A stretch of DNA of 46,401 bases from assembly GCA_010093745.1 (NCBI GenBank), contig MU006040.1, forward strand, positions 1 to 46,401, written 5' to 3'. The notes under the pieces were generated by a model. That model saw nothing but the letters and a program-made list of their open reading frames with translations. It ran no database searches and had not been told where the DNA came from. Each line of letters opens with the position of its first letter. The first letter of the stretch is position 1. A program made the position numbers and the translations under genes. Origin of the DNA: Piedraia hortae CBS 480.64 (taxonomy: Eukaryota). Of this stretch, positions 1 through 12,121 are shown one piece after another.

Positions 1-81
1 CGCTCGGCTCTCGACTTCACGCGTCAACTAGTTTTCCGTAGAGATTTGTATGCAGGTACACATCTGCTCACAATTATAATA
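1..81 (+). mobile_element. Family A short solo-LTR-like repeat, 3' part (cut by window start)
   Basis: Matches the last 81 nt of the TSD-flanked copy at 15190-15313 with 3 mismatches. Confidence 0.85.
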
Positions 82-123
82 AGTACCCCGCATACGCGCT
101 AGCGGCGATGCTTGTATCCAAAA
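82..123 (-). mobile_element. Terminal fragment of a family B LTR, interrupted by family A
   Basis: Reverse complement (TTTTGGATACAAGCATCGCCGCTAGCGCGTATGCGGGGTACT) matches the first ~42 nt of the B copies at 2928 and 7545. Confidence 0.8.
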
Positions 124-340
124 AAACGGGCCGTATATTCAGGAACTTTTGGCTGGATATTTCTAGTAGATATAGGAATGGGAAGTGACTTGAAAGACAA
201 GGTTATTGCTGCTACCCTTTTTCTAAGACTCTAGAGGATATGAGGTTACTAGTCACCCCAGCCCTATTGGGACTGGCTCCCGACTAACATCAACAATTTC
301 CGCGCTTTAAAATTTGAGGTAAATCAGAACCTGTGATTCT

Positions 341-625
341 TGTTGGCATGAAGTCTCGTTGCTATGTGTATGTAAGCACATATGGCTAGACTTCTCAGGG
401 TCTTAACCTCACAGAGGATGTTTCCCCTGGGACGTGGTCACGTCACATGATGTGATGATGGAGAATGTGGGCACTTTACCTCAACCCCTCAACTTCATTA
501 TTACAATATAACTAGACAATACAACTCAATGCATGAGCATAATCACAGACACTGTTCTTGCTTTCGATCTTCGTGTCTATATAGCACATGACGCTACGTT
601 AGATCACCACCTCCATATTCCATTG
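341..625 (+). mobile_element. Degenerate LTR-like repeat, family D (ends approximate)
   Basis: Starts TGTTGG. Contains the shared CTCAGGG..CCTC..GAGG..CCCTGGG core (394-431). Segments ACCTCAACCCCTCA and GCACATGAC..TAGATCACCACCTCCA recur inverted at ~15010-15130. Confidence 0.6.
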
Positions 626-2927
626 ATTCTTACCCCAAGTTGGGTGTGTTTTGAATGAAAAGTGATTGAGAGTTTGCCTCACTGGCCGCCGAGAACGTGT
701 ATTGGAGTTCTGGCAGATTGCGATGCGATTTTACCATGACAGCAGCTGCGTAGGCTGACCGCTGCCTCCGGGCTGAAATTGACTGGGGGCAGTGTCATCA
801 AGGTCGAAGGTAGAGCTTGCCTTTTGATTTTCTTTTCCCTTTTCCTCGGTTTCCAGATTATCGGGAGGTAATAAAAATATCGTCTTTCTCAGATGTTGAT
901 GTCCCATCAGGTTGCTGGCGATGTAGTGGTGATGCGGAATCTGCCCAGTTTTGTACGTATTGATGGGAAAATTTGCGTTATTCCCTTCATCGCGTTCACT
1001 ATTTCTATTTTCGTGAGCCTTCTCTTATCAAAGTTGTCACTGAGAAGAATCTTATATCGCTGAGTTCCAAAGCCATGTAACACACACTACTAGAGGTATT
1101 CAAAACCGTGGAATCATGCCAATAAGCCAAATGTCGGGGCACAACCTGGAAAGAGGGACTTGTTGAGACAGATCGCGTCGATCGGATTGATGCAAACGTG
1201 GCGATAGGACCTGCCAGCCATGCGGCATGTTACGCCGTCCCGAGTTTGCCTTTTCATGTCCATGTTTCACACCCAACCATGAACAATTTGCATCTCCCAT
1301 CCTTGAGTCGTTTATCACATCAACGAAGAAGCAGTGGATAATATTATTGGCAATGCAGAGGAGTGTAGGCCTGAGAGACAAGACGCCGTCCAAACACCTC
1401 CAGCACTTTGGGGGCCTTTGAAGACCCTTGCCAAGGCTGCCCAAACTTAACTACCAGGTCGTCCACACGCAGAGGCGATTGGTGATGATTGCGCGGTAGC
1501 AGAGACACCCTGGTAGCCAACATTTGAGCAATCCGCATAAGAGACCTGGGGGTAGTCAGACCACTTGTACATTTCAGCGCCCAGCTGTTCAGTTGACTCA
1601 GACTCGTCCCTGGTTGCGCCAAGTGTCTTGCTTGGCATGCGCTTCTCGTCCGCCCCAAAGCGAGACCTGAGTCAGCCGCGGGGTATTTGCATTGCCAGCA
1701 GTGGATTGCTTGCTCGCCCGGTTCTTTCTTCGCTCTCTCTTGCTTTCTGCCTTGTTTTTGCTTCTTGTAATGCCAAGGGAATCGCTCGTGTAGTCAGCCA
1801 AATTCTGCCAGGAAGGACGAATGGAAGGTTCATCGGGGGTTTCTCTCGCGTTGAATCTCTTAACAAGATTGACGTAGTAGGCACCGAGCTCCAGAGCATC
1901 CAGATGCACAGGTACAAGAGTTGGTGGTGGGCCGCGGTCAGCTTGTGGTCCGGGTCCGGTGACAGTCACGCAATCCTTGAAGCGCTGTGCTAGCTAATGA
2001 AATCGCAGGTTCAAACGAGTGATACGAGCACATAGGCCTTCACTAGCCTTGGTATCTATGGTATATTAATGAGAAGGCGGCTTAGGAATCTCGGGATTGG
2101 GCGGTTCCTTGCGGCGCGCTCGAAAACAACAAAACAGAGCTGCAAAGAGTTAGCAACATTCTGCTAGCAAGAGGGTGGGACTTTGCTAGGTCATGAGCCC
2201 TAATGTGTGGTTTTCCTTGTATAAGCGATAGGTCTCTTGCCGAGAAAGTGCATATCACTTGGATTGACCACGGGCACAGTGCATTGGCGGAAACGGCACC
2301 CCCAATGCCGCGATGATGTTTGCACACTCCAGCTGCTTTCCGAGACATGGCACATGGGCCGAGAGTACGCCTTGGGGGGGGGACAATATTATTCCAGATC
2401 TTAAAGGTCCGGCAGAGATGGTTTCGCGGGGCGGCGTGGACGCACCACGCTTTGACCACGCAACATGCCAAAAAGTACGAGAGAGATAACAATTTACATG
2501 ACCTTGCACGCTATGCGTTCATATGCCACTGGAAGCCAATCAATACCGGGACAAGCGTTGCAGCTGCTTGTATTGCCCTATGCCGGCGAAGGGATTTGCA
2601 AGCCCTAAAGCTATTATCGGGATTCACAGGGCCGAGTGCTTAGCAGCGTAGTTCAAGTAAAACGTGAGATTCATGTCTATAAGCTGTACGAGTCTCAACC
2701 ACGCTGGATCATACGTATCCAAGTCCGTCAAAGGAGCAACTTCATTAGATTTGTGTACACAACCATCAAATCCGAACACTACGTCGATATCGCTTAATTT
2801 CAGGGCTGGAGATCAAATCATCAGCTTCAAACAGTTCACCGGCAAGATAACCTTTATATTCAAAATCTCAGCCATATCTCCCTCAACGAACGCACTGGTT
2901 CATCCTAGTATGAGATGACGAACTTGC

Positions 2928-3298
2928 TGTTGGATTCAAGCATCGCCGCCAGGGCGTATGCGGGGCATTTGCATAGCAAGTTAGCGATACCTCCTACACT
3001 GCCAGCTGCACCCTAGGTTTTACCCTCACAGATGTTTTCCCTCAGGGTCATGTCATACGTGACCTGGCAAATGCGCCCTGTTAGTGTACGACAGGTCACC
3101 AGCCCACTGGTACAGAATTCTTATTTTGAACGTCCCCTCACTTTGAGATATATAGTCATTCACACTGTCATATCGACACTGGTATTAACTCATATCCATC
3201 TGCATCTGTCCTGTCCCTGTTGTCGATTTCCGTCTATCGCTTCGTCCTCTTAGTTTGGGACGCCGCGCACACCCATCCACGAGAGCCCTATCGCTACA
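2928..3298 (+). mobile_element. Solo LTR, family B (371 bp)
   Basis: TGT...ACA termini; exact 5-bp TSD CTTGC (2923-2927 and 3299-3303); diverged second copy at 7545-7907. Confidence 0.85.
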
Positions 3299-4365
3299 CT
3301 TGCATGGGAGCCTACAGCCGTGCTCTATCCTTGGAACCTTGCACATCCTTGACATTGTGCGGCCAAAAGTGCATACACACTGCGAAACACTGGCCACCGG
3401 AATGACCACCTACGATGACCGGCTGCCAATAACAACTGGTATGAGGAAAATTCCCGCAAGACATTGCGACTCTTATAACTGGGGATATTTATATTGAACA
3501 GCGACGTTGCCATTGAGCGCATCTTAACACTACCAATACTATATCCAAGCCTTTCATGCTGAGGTGATTCAATCAAGCTTTCCGTTAACCTCAGAATATG
3601 AATGACGAGCCAATTCCACCATCAAACTATGCTGGAAAGTCTAAAAGTTGTTAGGACGGATAGTGGTGGATTTCCTGCTCAAAGCGCCATGAAACTCACT
3701 GATTTTAGTGTTCCTGTCTGCGAGTAGAACGCCGAAATTTTGCCGAATGGTGGCGTGGACTGCAGGTGCAGCCTCTACACTTTCCCACACAAACTTTTAA
3801 CCCTACTTTTATTATTGACAATCGCTTTTCCGACAGCAAGATCAGCTCGAAAGAAATACATCATCTACTTTGCCAGGATTTACCTGACAATCTTTATAGA
3901 TCCAAGGGACAACTTTTACAAGGGTCATGGAAAAATTTGTTGCAAGTTAGCTGCTAACATCTATCGCCAGTTGCTGACAGATGACTGGGAGACACATAAC
4001 GCTGTGATCTCTCGTTAGGTTCATCTACCGATGGCTACCCCATTCGGCTTTGATGGTCTCTTTGACGACGTTTACAACGCGCGCGGGAAGAGCTACCACC
4101 AACATCCCAGTCAAAGCCAGATGCATTGGCCATGCAGCATAGCATGTTAACGACCTGTTCTTTCGAGAGATTGCCCTAGGCCTGGCATGGACGGCCGATC
4201 GCATTCGCCTGCTGCACCAATTTTAGACTGGCCACCTCAATGGCTTGGCGGCTACTGCTTGGACAGACAGAACCACTACTGTCGATTGCCGTCGGCAAAG
4301 TGTCAACTTTCGGCATCTAAGCACCACAGCGGCGTGGGCTGTCGTTGGCGTTGATGACAATAGTA

Positions 4366-4666
4366 GTAAGTTTACCTGCAGGATCTGTTTGGGGTTCAGC
4401 TGCTAACTTGGCCAGTATCCATTCCAATCGACAAAAACAGCGATGGCTAAGCCAGCGAGACGCTTTTTGAGGGCATGTTGAGCCATTTACCGTTATTGGT
4501 AAGTTCACCGGAAGAGTGTCCGTAGGTTCCATTAGCTGACATGACCAGCGTCCTCTGCAGTCGGCAAACAAAGCCAACAACTACATCAGCTAAACATCCC
4601 CGAGAGGCACGTCGAGCCATTTACTCTCCTTGGTAAGTTTTCCTGCAGAACATCTGTGAATTCCAT
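4366..4666. repeat. Degenerate tandem triplication, period ~134 bp
   Basis: GAGCCATTTAC at 4480 and 4614; GTAAGTT-led blocks at 4366, 4499 and 4633. The minus strand reads MEPTDTLPVNLPITVNGSTC versus MEFTDVLQENLPRRVNGSTC. Confidence 0.6.
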
Positions 4667-6349
4667 CGGCGGACTTGACAAGCGTGAGTCCGATGTGCGG
4701 ATGAAACTTTGGTCCGCTTGGGTTGGTTATGTCTCCGCCGTGGTCGCACGATGGGCTGGTTGTGTCCCACATCCGTTTGGAGGTGTTGTTTGAACTGGAG
4801 AAGTCGTGCGACCGACATTCCTCATAGTCTGTCGGGGTATGGTGGGAACGGATCGTCTATTGTTTGGTTTAAGGTAAAACGCATCAAGGGCAATCACTCC
4901 ATTTTGTATTACCGCAAACGGGTTTGGCATTGGATGGCGATCGATGGTCAAGCAGATTACGAATGTCACGCTAATGTACACAAGCCTTGTAGACTCCTAG
5001 CAAAGATCAAAGCGGTGTAGTAAAACTGGTATATGAAAATTGCTCTCCACTTTTTTGACCATTTGCTTTAAATCTCTGGCTTGTCATTGCAGCATGTTCT
5101 TTTAAAGGGCGTTAATGAACTTACCAATCAAATCCTTAAGCTACGGGTAACCTTTAATCCATTCTGCTGGTCCTTTTCTCTCGCCCTTCCACTTAACTGG
5201 TCGATTGCCTGCGCATAGCAAATTGTACGTCAAACCAGGCCGACATATCTTTGTATTCACAGCTATTTCAGTGTCTCCATTGATGACCATTGCTATCGCG
5301 TCGTGGATAATATTGCTCTCCAGGGGACTATACCCCATTCCTGGGTCAAGCTTTTTCCCCAACATGCATTGTAGGTCGATCATTGACTTATCCGTTCGCG
5401 ATCTCGTTCAATGTTGCAGTTTCTCCGCAACTCCATGCACGAGGTCAGCGCCATATAGGTGTTCCTCATCAAGCGTTTCAGACATGTTGACGACTCGTTC
5501 TGTGCCAGGCAGCCAGACACAATGATGCATTGAGCTAGCAAACCCAACAAAATAGCCGCGAAGCGTCATCGCCTGGTGCTTCAGGTTTGCCTTCTACGTG
5601 TTTTACAGTTCTTGCGAGGACAAACGGTACCCACAACATCCTAAGCATCGCACGTGTGCAAGATTGAGTGCCTTGGATACGGCGGGATGAGCGTAAAGCT
5701 TATGTTAAGAGACTGGTCCAGTAGTAAAGGGGAGCCTTCTATTCCCTCGCGTTTGATGAGAGGCAGCTCTCCAAATGGTGTGCCGCCAGGCAGAAGTGCG
5801 GCCACTCCTCCGGAGGTAGTTTGGCTTCACCAGCCAGGTTTTGATGACTGAGGAGGTGATACCCCCGAACCTCTCGCTCGCCTCTAATCATTGTCGCACT
5901 GGAAGTAACGAACTTAGAGATTTTATAGTCCGTCTATGCGGTGGAGGGGTTGAGAAAAGCCAACCAGAGTAACAGCATGGTCTTTGCCAAGCAGGAACGC
6001 ATCCATCTTCAGACCTGTCGCGCGGCACAGCTGTACCGTGTCTGCTATACCGCTGACGGCGGTAAAGAAAAGACGTCTATCGCAGTTTCTCCAAACGGCT
6101 ACTTCATTTTGGTCGGCCGAGTCTTCGTAAGGTTGACGCGATGGGGCACAGACACTGGGCGATCGGCGCAGGCATACCAATGCAGAGAGATGTGCTCTGA
6201 AGACTGGACACGACAACTATCTGGGGTCATCTCAAGGACTATATACAGAGCGCCTGCGTTCCTTCAGGGGCGCCGACTCATGCCAGGGACGCGATCACTC
6301 AGGGGCCCCAAGCCCAATCGCGTCTGGAGACGACAATCACACAATGAGC

Positions 6350-6689
6350 CTTCAATGGCGGGAGGTTTCACATGGCTCATGTTGGCCGCGAACATTTATG
6401 CCTCTACCATCACCTTAAGACGATGTTCTCGAAGGGAGATAGTCAAGCTATTACTTGGACAAACTTGACGCAATGGCTGCCGAAGAATTTTTACCGCCAC
6501 AAACGACGGTGCCTCGTTGATTTGCGTGTCTGATGTGAAGACAGCAAAATGAGTTTCTTCGGGGTGTACCCCATGCAATTTGATTGTCCTGAATTGTACA
6601 TTAGTACAAGTGGTCTCGACAATCCACCAAACTTCGTGGATGCCAGCCATTCCTGCTCCTGTTTGGACCTTAGGGGATGGAGACGGCAA
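6350..6689 (-). pseudogene. Possible decayed BTB/POZ-like gene fragment
   Basis: TIKLHGV..ETHFAVF...SFVAVKIL...LTISLREHRLKVMVEA* loosely follows the fungal BTB pattern; in-frame stop; truncated upstream by an LTR. Confidence 0.25.
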
Positions 6690-6718
6690 CGATCCACGCT
6701 TACATTTTATGACCGAGA

Positions 6719-7036
6719 CTTCAGGTGGTAAACCCTCTCATATAGTGTAGACCCAGGTCGCAACTGCGAGCTTAGATAAAGGTTGATGCTTCTCAGGTAT
6801 TTACCTCTCTGAGGAAGTTTCCCCTGGGACGGGTCATCGTCTCGTTCCTGTTCTTGCATGCTTCAATAACGTTGTCCTGGCGAATGCAGCTAGACTGAGG
6901 AAGAGTGGAGAAGGTTTCTCCGACTTCACTTAATAGAAATAGACATCTACAACCGCCTCTTGATGAGAATTGAGCGCACACATTTGCCTTTGATCTACGT
7001 TCCACTTTAGTCCTCGGAGGGTTCACATATCCGACA
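6719..7036 (+). mobile_element. Solo LTR, family C1 (left terminus decayed)
   Basis: Aligns along its length to the reverse complement of 15462-15780; ends TCCGACA; no TSD seen. Confidence 0.8.
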
Positions 7037-7544
7037 TGCTGTTAAACGAAATCAAGGCGATCTCCTTATCCGGGATGTGGAACACATGCTCACACCACAT
7101 ATTGTTGAATATTGTCGAATGACGTCCCAAGCGGATCAGGCCGGTGCAAGCCGGAAGGTGACCACACCTCCTTAACCTTGATAGTAAGACACACTAGCAC
7201 AGTCATCCAACACATCAGGATCATCCCCATATCATCATTCATTATATGTTTCTACCTTTCACAATGCCGCTGGTTTTTCTGCTCTTATGACTTTCCGGAT
7301 CCCAGTCAAGGATCTTGGGGGCATGTGCCAGCCGATTGCCCAACTCTGGAAATAGGCTAGGAAGAGTTAGTTGAGCGCTTGAGCATGCTTCTTTGTGTCA
7401 AGCACATATATGTGTGACTATGTGCGTGTATATAGGTGTCGAGGTGGTATGATGAGGTGAAATGCGAAAATGCACCTCACGCTAACTAAAGTCTAGCCAC
7501 ATTCACCGAGACCACATCACCGAGCACGCACAGAGCATGAACGG

Positions 7545-7907
7545 TGTTGGATTCAAGCATTGCCGTTAGCGCGTATGCAGGGCACTTGCATAGCAAGTCC
7601 GCAATACCTCCGACATTTCCAGCTGCACCCTAGGTTTTTCCCTCACAGAGGTTTTCTCTCAGGGTCATGTCATATGTGACATGGCGAATGCGCCCTGCTA
7701 GAGTACGACGTGACGTCACTGGCCCACCGGTGCATAATTTTTATTCTGAACGTCCCCTTACAGAGATAGATAGTCATTCATACTATCATATCGACACTGG
7801 TATCGACTCATATCCATCTGCATCTTTCTTGTCCCTGTATTCGATTTCTGTCCATCGCTTCGTCGGGCCGCTGCGCACTCTCACCTACGGGAGCCCAAAT
7901 CGCTATA
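7545..7907 (+). mobile_element. Solo LTR, family B, second copy
   Basis: Starts TGTTGGATTCAAGCAT as at 2928; colinear to an ATCGCTATA end (CA>TA); no TSD. Confidence 0.8.
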
Positions 7908-7980
7908 ATTCATTCATACCTGATACAACAAGGATGACTTGGATACTGGGAGTTTAAACATTCTTACTTGGCTCTATACG

Positions 7981-8000
7981 AGAGGGCTTACCGTCTCACA
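7981..8000 (-). mobile_element. Isolated family C1 terminal fragment
   Basis: AGAGGGCTTACCGTCTCACA versus AGAGGGTTTACCGTCTCACA at 15761-15780 (19/20 identical). Confidence 0.6.
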
Positions 8001-8172
8001 CCAACTCCATTTGCAAAACATCTGGCGTTGGACGGCTAGATACATATGTAATCTGATCCATCTCATCAATCAATCTCATCAACAGATCTAATCAATCTCA
8101 TCTAATCAATCTCCCCATCTCCACAACCTCCACCCACAACAAACACTCCCAAACAAAAACCCGCATCCGTTC

Positions 8173-9048
8173 ATGGCCCCCCTCGTCATCGGCGTCCTGG
8201 CCCTTCAGGGTGCATACAAAGAACACATCTCCCAACTTGCCTTACTATCACCTCCATCCCGCGATGCGTCCCTACCATCCAGCCAAGCAGCCCTCCCATC
8301 CGACAAAGTATCCTTATCCATCCGAACAGTAGAGGTCCGCACAGAAAACGATCTATCACAATGCGATGCTCTCATCATCCCAGGAGGAGAGAGTACTTCC
8401 ATGTTAAGACTTGCTAGAGAAGGAGGGATGATCGCTCCGCTGGGAGAGTTTGTAAAGAGGAGGGCGACGTGGGGGACTTGTGCAGGGATGATTTTATTGG
8501 GAGATGTAGTCGACTTGCCTTGTGTGGGGGCTCAGGTTAGCACGAAAAATAATATAAAAGGTAGCGATGGTGCACCGCAAAAGCACGGTCAGCCTATGAA
8601 CGGCGTCTCGGAGGATATAATCGACGGACTCTCGAATAATTCAATGGGACTTACACCGAAGAATTTGATTGGAGATGTACTGAAGAGTCCGATAGGCGGG
8701 ATCCCCATCAAAGTAGTGCGAAACTATTTCGGCCGCCAAGTGGACAGTTTCGAGACCGATCTGACGCTGCCGTGGTTAGGAGGCGGGCCGTTCCACGCGG
8801 TTTTTATCCGCGCGCCAGTCGTGGAGAAATGTTTGAGTGATGAGGTGGAGGTTTTAGCCAGGTTGCCCGCTAAAGCGAAGGTGGTAGGGGGAACAGAATC
8901 GGCAGAGGAGAAGGGAGAACAAGGCGATATTGTGGCGGTGAGGTATAGACATTTATTCGCTACGGCGTTTCATCCGGAGTTGATGGAGGAGGGGGGAAGG
9001 ATGCATAGGTGGTGGGTTGAGGAAATGGTAATTCCTGCTGCGGGATGA
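8173..9048 (+). CDS. SNO1: Pyridoxal 5'-phosphate synthase glutaminase subunit (PDX2/SNO family)
   Basis: IGVLALQGA, ALIIPGGEST, WGTCAGMI (nucleophile Cys), RNYFGRQVDSF, AVFIRAP and FHPEL motifs; 291 aa, intronless. Confidence 0.95.
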   Translation: MAPLVIGVLALQGAYKEHISQLALLSPPSRDASLPSSQAALPSDKVSLSIRTVEVRTENDLSQCDALIIPGGESTSMLRLAREGGMIAPLGEFVKRRATWGTCAGMILLGDVVDLPCVGAQVSTKNNIKGSDGAPQKHGQPMNGVSEDIIDGLSNNSMGLTPKNLIGDVLKSPIGGIPIKVVRNYFGRQVDSFETDLTLPWLGGGPFHAVFIRAPVVEKCLSDEVEVLARLPAKAKVVGGTESAEEKGEQGDIVAVRYRHLFATAFHPELMEEGGRMHRWWVEEMVIPAAG

Positions 9049-9238
9049 TATTTTGAGGGTGTTGTGGAGGCAGTATTGATTCTTTAAGATGGAACCTCCA
9101 GGATGGCTCCATAGGATGGATCTCTAGGCTCCCTAATCCGGCGACAATGACTTCCGAAGCAGACCAAACAATGCTCTTACATTCTTTATTGTTTGCGGTG
9201 ATAACGTCTCTGAACTTCCATTCCATATCATCATCATT

Positions 9239-10996
9239 ATGTCCAACTCAGACGAATCAGTCCGCTTAGCGTTTGTCGACCTCCTAACCCTCCTCAGTCG
9301 TCGCGATGTCACAGACGAAGAAACCAAGAAATGGCTCAAGATCTTCGACGAAAATATCAAAACACAATGTCCTGACTTCGTCTACGAAGTAAAGACCCTC
9401 TACTACTCCTTCAGCCGCTACGAAGAAGCAGTCACCGTCCTCTGCGCACAGAAAAATACCCGATCCGCCGAAGGTGAAATATAATTTCACCTCGTGGACC
9501 GCAGCGGCGACGAAGTCAATCGAGTTCTCCTAACCCTCCTTTCGCACGTCGACGAATTGACAATCACCCTCCTTAATGTGACCTAACCTCCATGCTCCGC
9601 AGCACCCTCAAACGAGCCAAAGCGTAAAAAGCCGAAGTCATCCCTACCCGAGCCGTAACTTCCACAACAGCCTGCCTCCATTCCCAACACCACATGCCCT
9701 CGACCTGGGTGGATGGGTGGCTTCTCGGCTTGGGGGCATTCGGCGAGGTCGTATCCTGGGTAAAAACCGACGCGAACAACATCATCCTCGACCGCATTGC
9801 AATCAAAACAGCCGCAATCTACACTTGGTACACAGACGACTACACTGACCCAATTCCCACCTAAGTCATGGCATTCACCAGAGTGCGGGATCGGGACTCT
9901 TCAGATAACATTATCCGCATGCGCAACTGGCGCATCGAGCACAAGACGCATACACTACGCCTCTACCTCGAGTCCTACCCTTATGGGAATTTCTACACTA
10001 ATGTAATCGAGGGGAGAGAGTCGTATAATGTTCGCAGAAAATATAACATCTCCCCCGAGGAAAGGTCGGGCTGAATTTCCGAGCTGTTTCTGTGGTTTCC
10101 GGTGGAATGTCTCTCACAAGAGGGGATTTTGTTTGATACGGGCTCGGATGCGCCGCTGGACCCGGTGTGGGATCAGACGATAAAGTGGGAGACAATTGTG
10201 CATTGTGATTTGGAGGGGATAAATGTGATGGAGGAGTGTACGAGGTTCCAACGGGAATTGAGGTCGACTTGGACGGAGCTGTTGGAGAAGGTTGATAAGG
10301 CGATGGAGGATGGGTTGGATTGTGGAATGAAGTTTGCGCCAAAGGAGTATCAGGGTTTTGAGAGGTGGATGGGTATGAGTTTATGAAACCGAGGGAGACA
10401 AATTCTCTGGTTAAGCTGGCGAAGCATGTTGATGGTGTGCTGACTGCGTCGTTTAATGATCAGGAGGCGTTCAAGAAGAGGGTTTATGATATTATGGGGA
10501 GGACGTGTGAGGGGTTTAGTAGGTCGGGTGATCAAAGCAAGGGTGTTTTTTCGATGCCGAAGAATGGGTTCTATCAGAGAGCGATTGCGGTGGAGCTTGG
10601 GAAGCCTTGCCATGTTGCAGAGGAGGCAGTCAAAGAGGAAGAAAGGAGGAGGAAGAGAAGGAACATGCAGCTGAAGACGACGACCAAGAAGACGGCTCAG
10701 TCATGTCAGAACATGCCCTCCAGAAGATTGAGCGGCTCCAGTGTGAATTCGAACAATACAAGAGACAAGAAGCTGAGAATCAGGCCAAGTTGGACAGAGA
10801 GCTTGAAAGGGCATTGGCAGCACGAACCCAACTGCAAGAGCAAGTGCCTGCTGATCAGCTCATTCCGAAGATATTGGAAGGGGCAGCAAACCAACAGGCG
10901 GCAGATGAATTTGAGGCTGACAATGCTGAGACTGTAGCTGCACATGAGCAACCTGCCCAGCCTGACAATCAACCTGAAGTAGTGCCCGAAGCAGAA

Positions 10997-11027
<31 letters not shown>

Positions 11028-11293
11028 CAGAGACAGAGACAGAGACAGAGACAGAGACAGAACATGAAACAGAACCAGAACCACTCGCTGAAGCAGAACG
11101 AGAACAAGAGTCACAGCCATATGCAGAAACAGAAGCAGAGCTGGAGCCTGAAAGAGCCCAGAGGCCGTCAAAGCAAAAGGCAAAGGAAAGGGAAAGGCCA
11201 AGAGAAAGGCCCCCCATCAGAGAGCCCGCCGCTCCCAGAGCTCCAGCCGCCTCCAAATCTGCTCCTCCGGAAACGCCACCGTCGAAACGATAG
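9239..11293 (+). pseudogene. Protein kinase pseudogene with internal deletion and an acidic/coiled-coil tail
   Basis: One frame gives LLGLGAFGEV (9721-9750), IAIK (9796-9807), RLYLESYPYGNF, ISELFLW and IVHCDLEGINV (10195-10227). Stops at 9482, 9584, 9656, 9862 and 10072; frameshifts near 9700, 10380 and 10610; no DFG or APE. Confidence 0.75.
10997..11062 (+). repeat. Hexamer tandem repeat (CCAGAG)6(ACAGAG)4ACAGAA encoding PE/TE dipeptides
   Basis: Read directly from the sequence. Confidence 0.95.
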
Positions 11294-11430
11294 CATTAAC
11301 CCGTCCCCGCCGCGCAGCAGCAGCCAAAGCGACCGACAAAATCGCCCAAATGTGCGGCAAGCGCAAGCGAGACTCTGACTCCGATAACAACAACACCCGA
11401 AAACAGAAAATAAAACCCCTATAAAATCTC

Positions 11431-11958
11431 CTATGAATACTCCTCCCCCATCCCAACCTCCTCCCTCATCCTCTTCCCATATCCCCCTCTCCCGGGGTCA
11501 TATTCCTCTCTATACTCATCCCTAACCTGACCTCCACTCTTCCCCCTCCCAAACTGTCTTCCTTCCGTAAACCCCACATCAAGATCACATCTAATTATCC
11601 TCTCATCTAACTTCGTCCCCCCAATATACTTTAAACAATCCAGCGCATCCTGGTGCGTATAATACTCCACGAAACAAAACCCACACGGGGTCTTGGAAAA
11701 CCTATCCAGCCCCATGACAAGTCTCTTCAGCTCCCCCGCCTTGGAGAATAAAGTCGAAATCTGCTCTTCGGTGGTGTAGAACGAGAGGTTTCCGACATAG
11801 AGGGTTGTCGCGCCGCGGAGTTTTTCTTCTAAATCGACTGGTCCGTCGTCGTAGTCGTCCTCACCACCCGTCCGCTTGCGCTTGCGGGTATATTTGCTTA
11901 ATGCGTAGGTTGAGGGCCGGTCGAGGCGGTCGACTGTATTTTGAATATGAACCGGCAT
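11431..11958 (-). CDS. CBC2: Nuclear cap-binding protein subunit 2 (CBP20)
   Basis: [28 protein letters not shown] and [26 protein letters not shown] are hallmark CBP20 motifs. Confidence 0.97.
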   Translation of the reverse strand: MPVHIQNTVDRLDRPSTYALSKYTRKRKRTGGEDDYDDGPVDLEEKLRGATTLYVGNLSFYTTEEQISTLFSKAGELKRLVMGLDRFSKTPCGFCFVEYYTHQDALDCLKYIGGTKLDERIIRCDLDVGFTEGRQFGRGKSGGQVRDEYREEYDPGRGGYGKRMREEVGMGEEYS

Positions 11959-12121
11959 GTCTTTGACGTCTCTGTCGTGTGGGTGGGTGGTGTGTAGGTT
12001 GGGGGGGGGGGGGGGGGGTAACCACAGCTGAAGAGGAGAGGTTGTTTCGGCCCGTCCCTCCCGTCGTTAGCGCGTCTCGTCTTGTCGCGTCGCAATCCGC
12101 CAACCTCACCTCACCACCCAA
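11959..12121. promoter_or_regulatory. Putative bidirectional promoter CBC2/NUP82 (163 bp)
   Basis: Divergent ATGs; contains a G18 run (12001-12018) and CGCGTC/TCGCGTCGC motifs. Confidence 0.6.

Noticed and set aside
2189..2201. GGTCATGAGCCCT resembles a copia-type tRNA-iMet anticodon-arm PBS
   Set aside because: One mismatch, no LTR immediately upstream and no gag downstream.
7139..7156. GCCGGTGCAAGCCGG resembles the twister ribozyme P4 loop
   Set aside because: Lacks the upstream UAA cleavage strand and the pseudoknot partners.
7103..7212. Possible 110-bp TGTTG...CAACA mini-LTR
   Set aside because: Single copy in the window, and the flanks CATAT/CATCA match only 3/5.
7661..7696. HDV-ribozyme-like GG-hairpin-GCGAAU arrangement in family B
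   Set aside because: It resembles P4 and J4/2, but I cannot build P1, P3/L3 and P1.1 in the required nested order, so it is not called a ribozyme.
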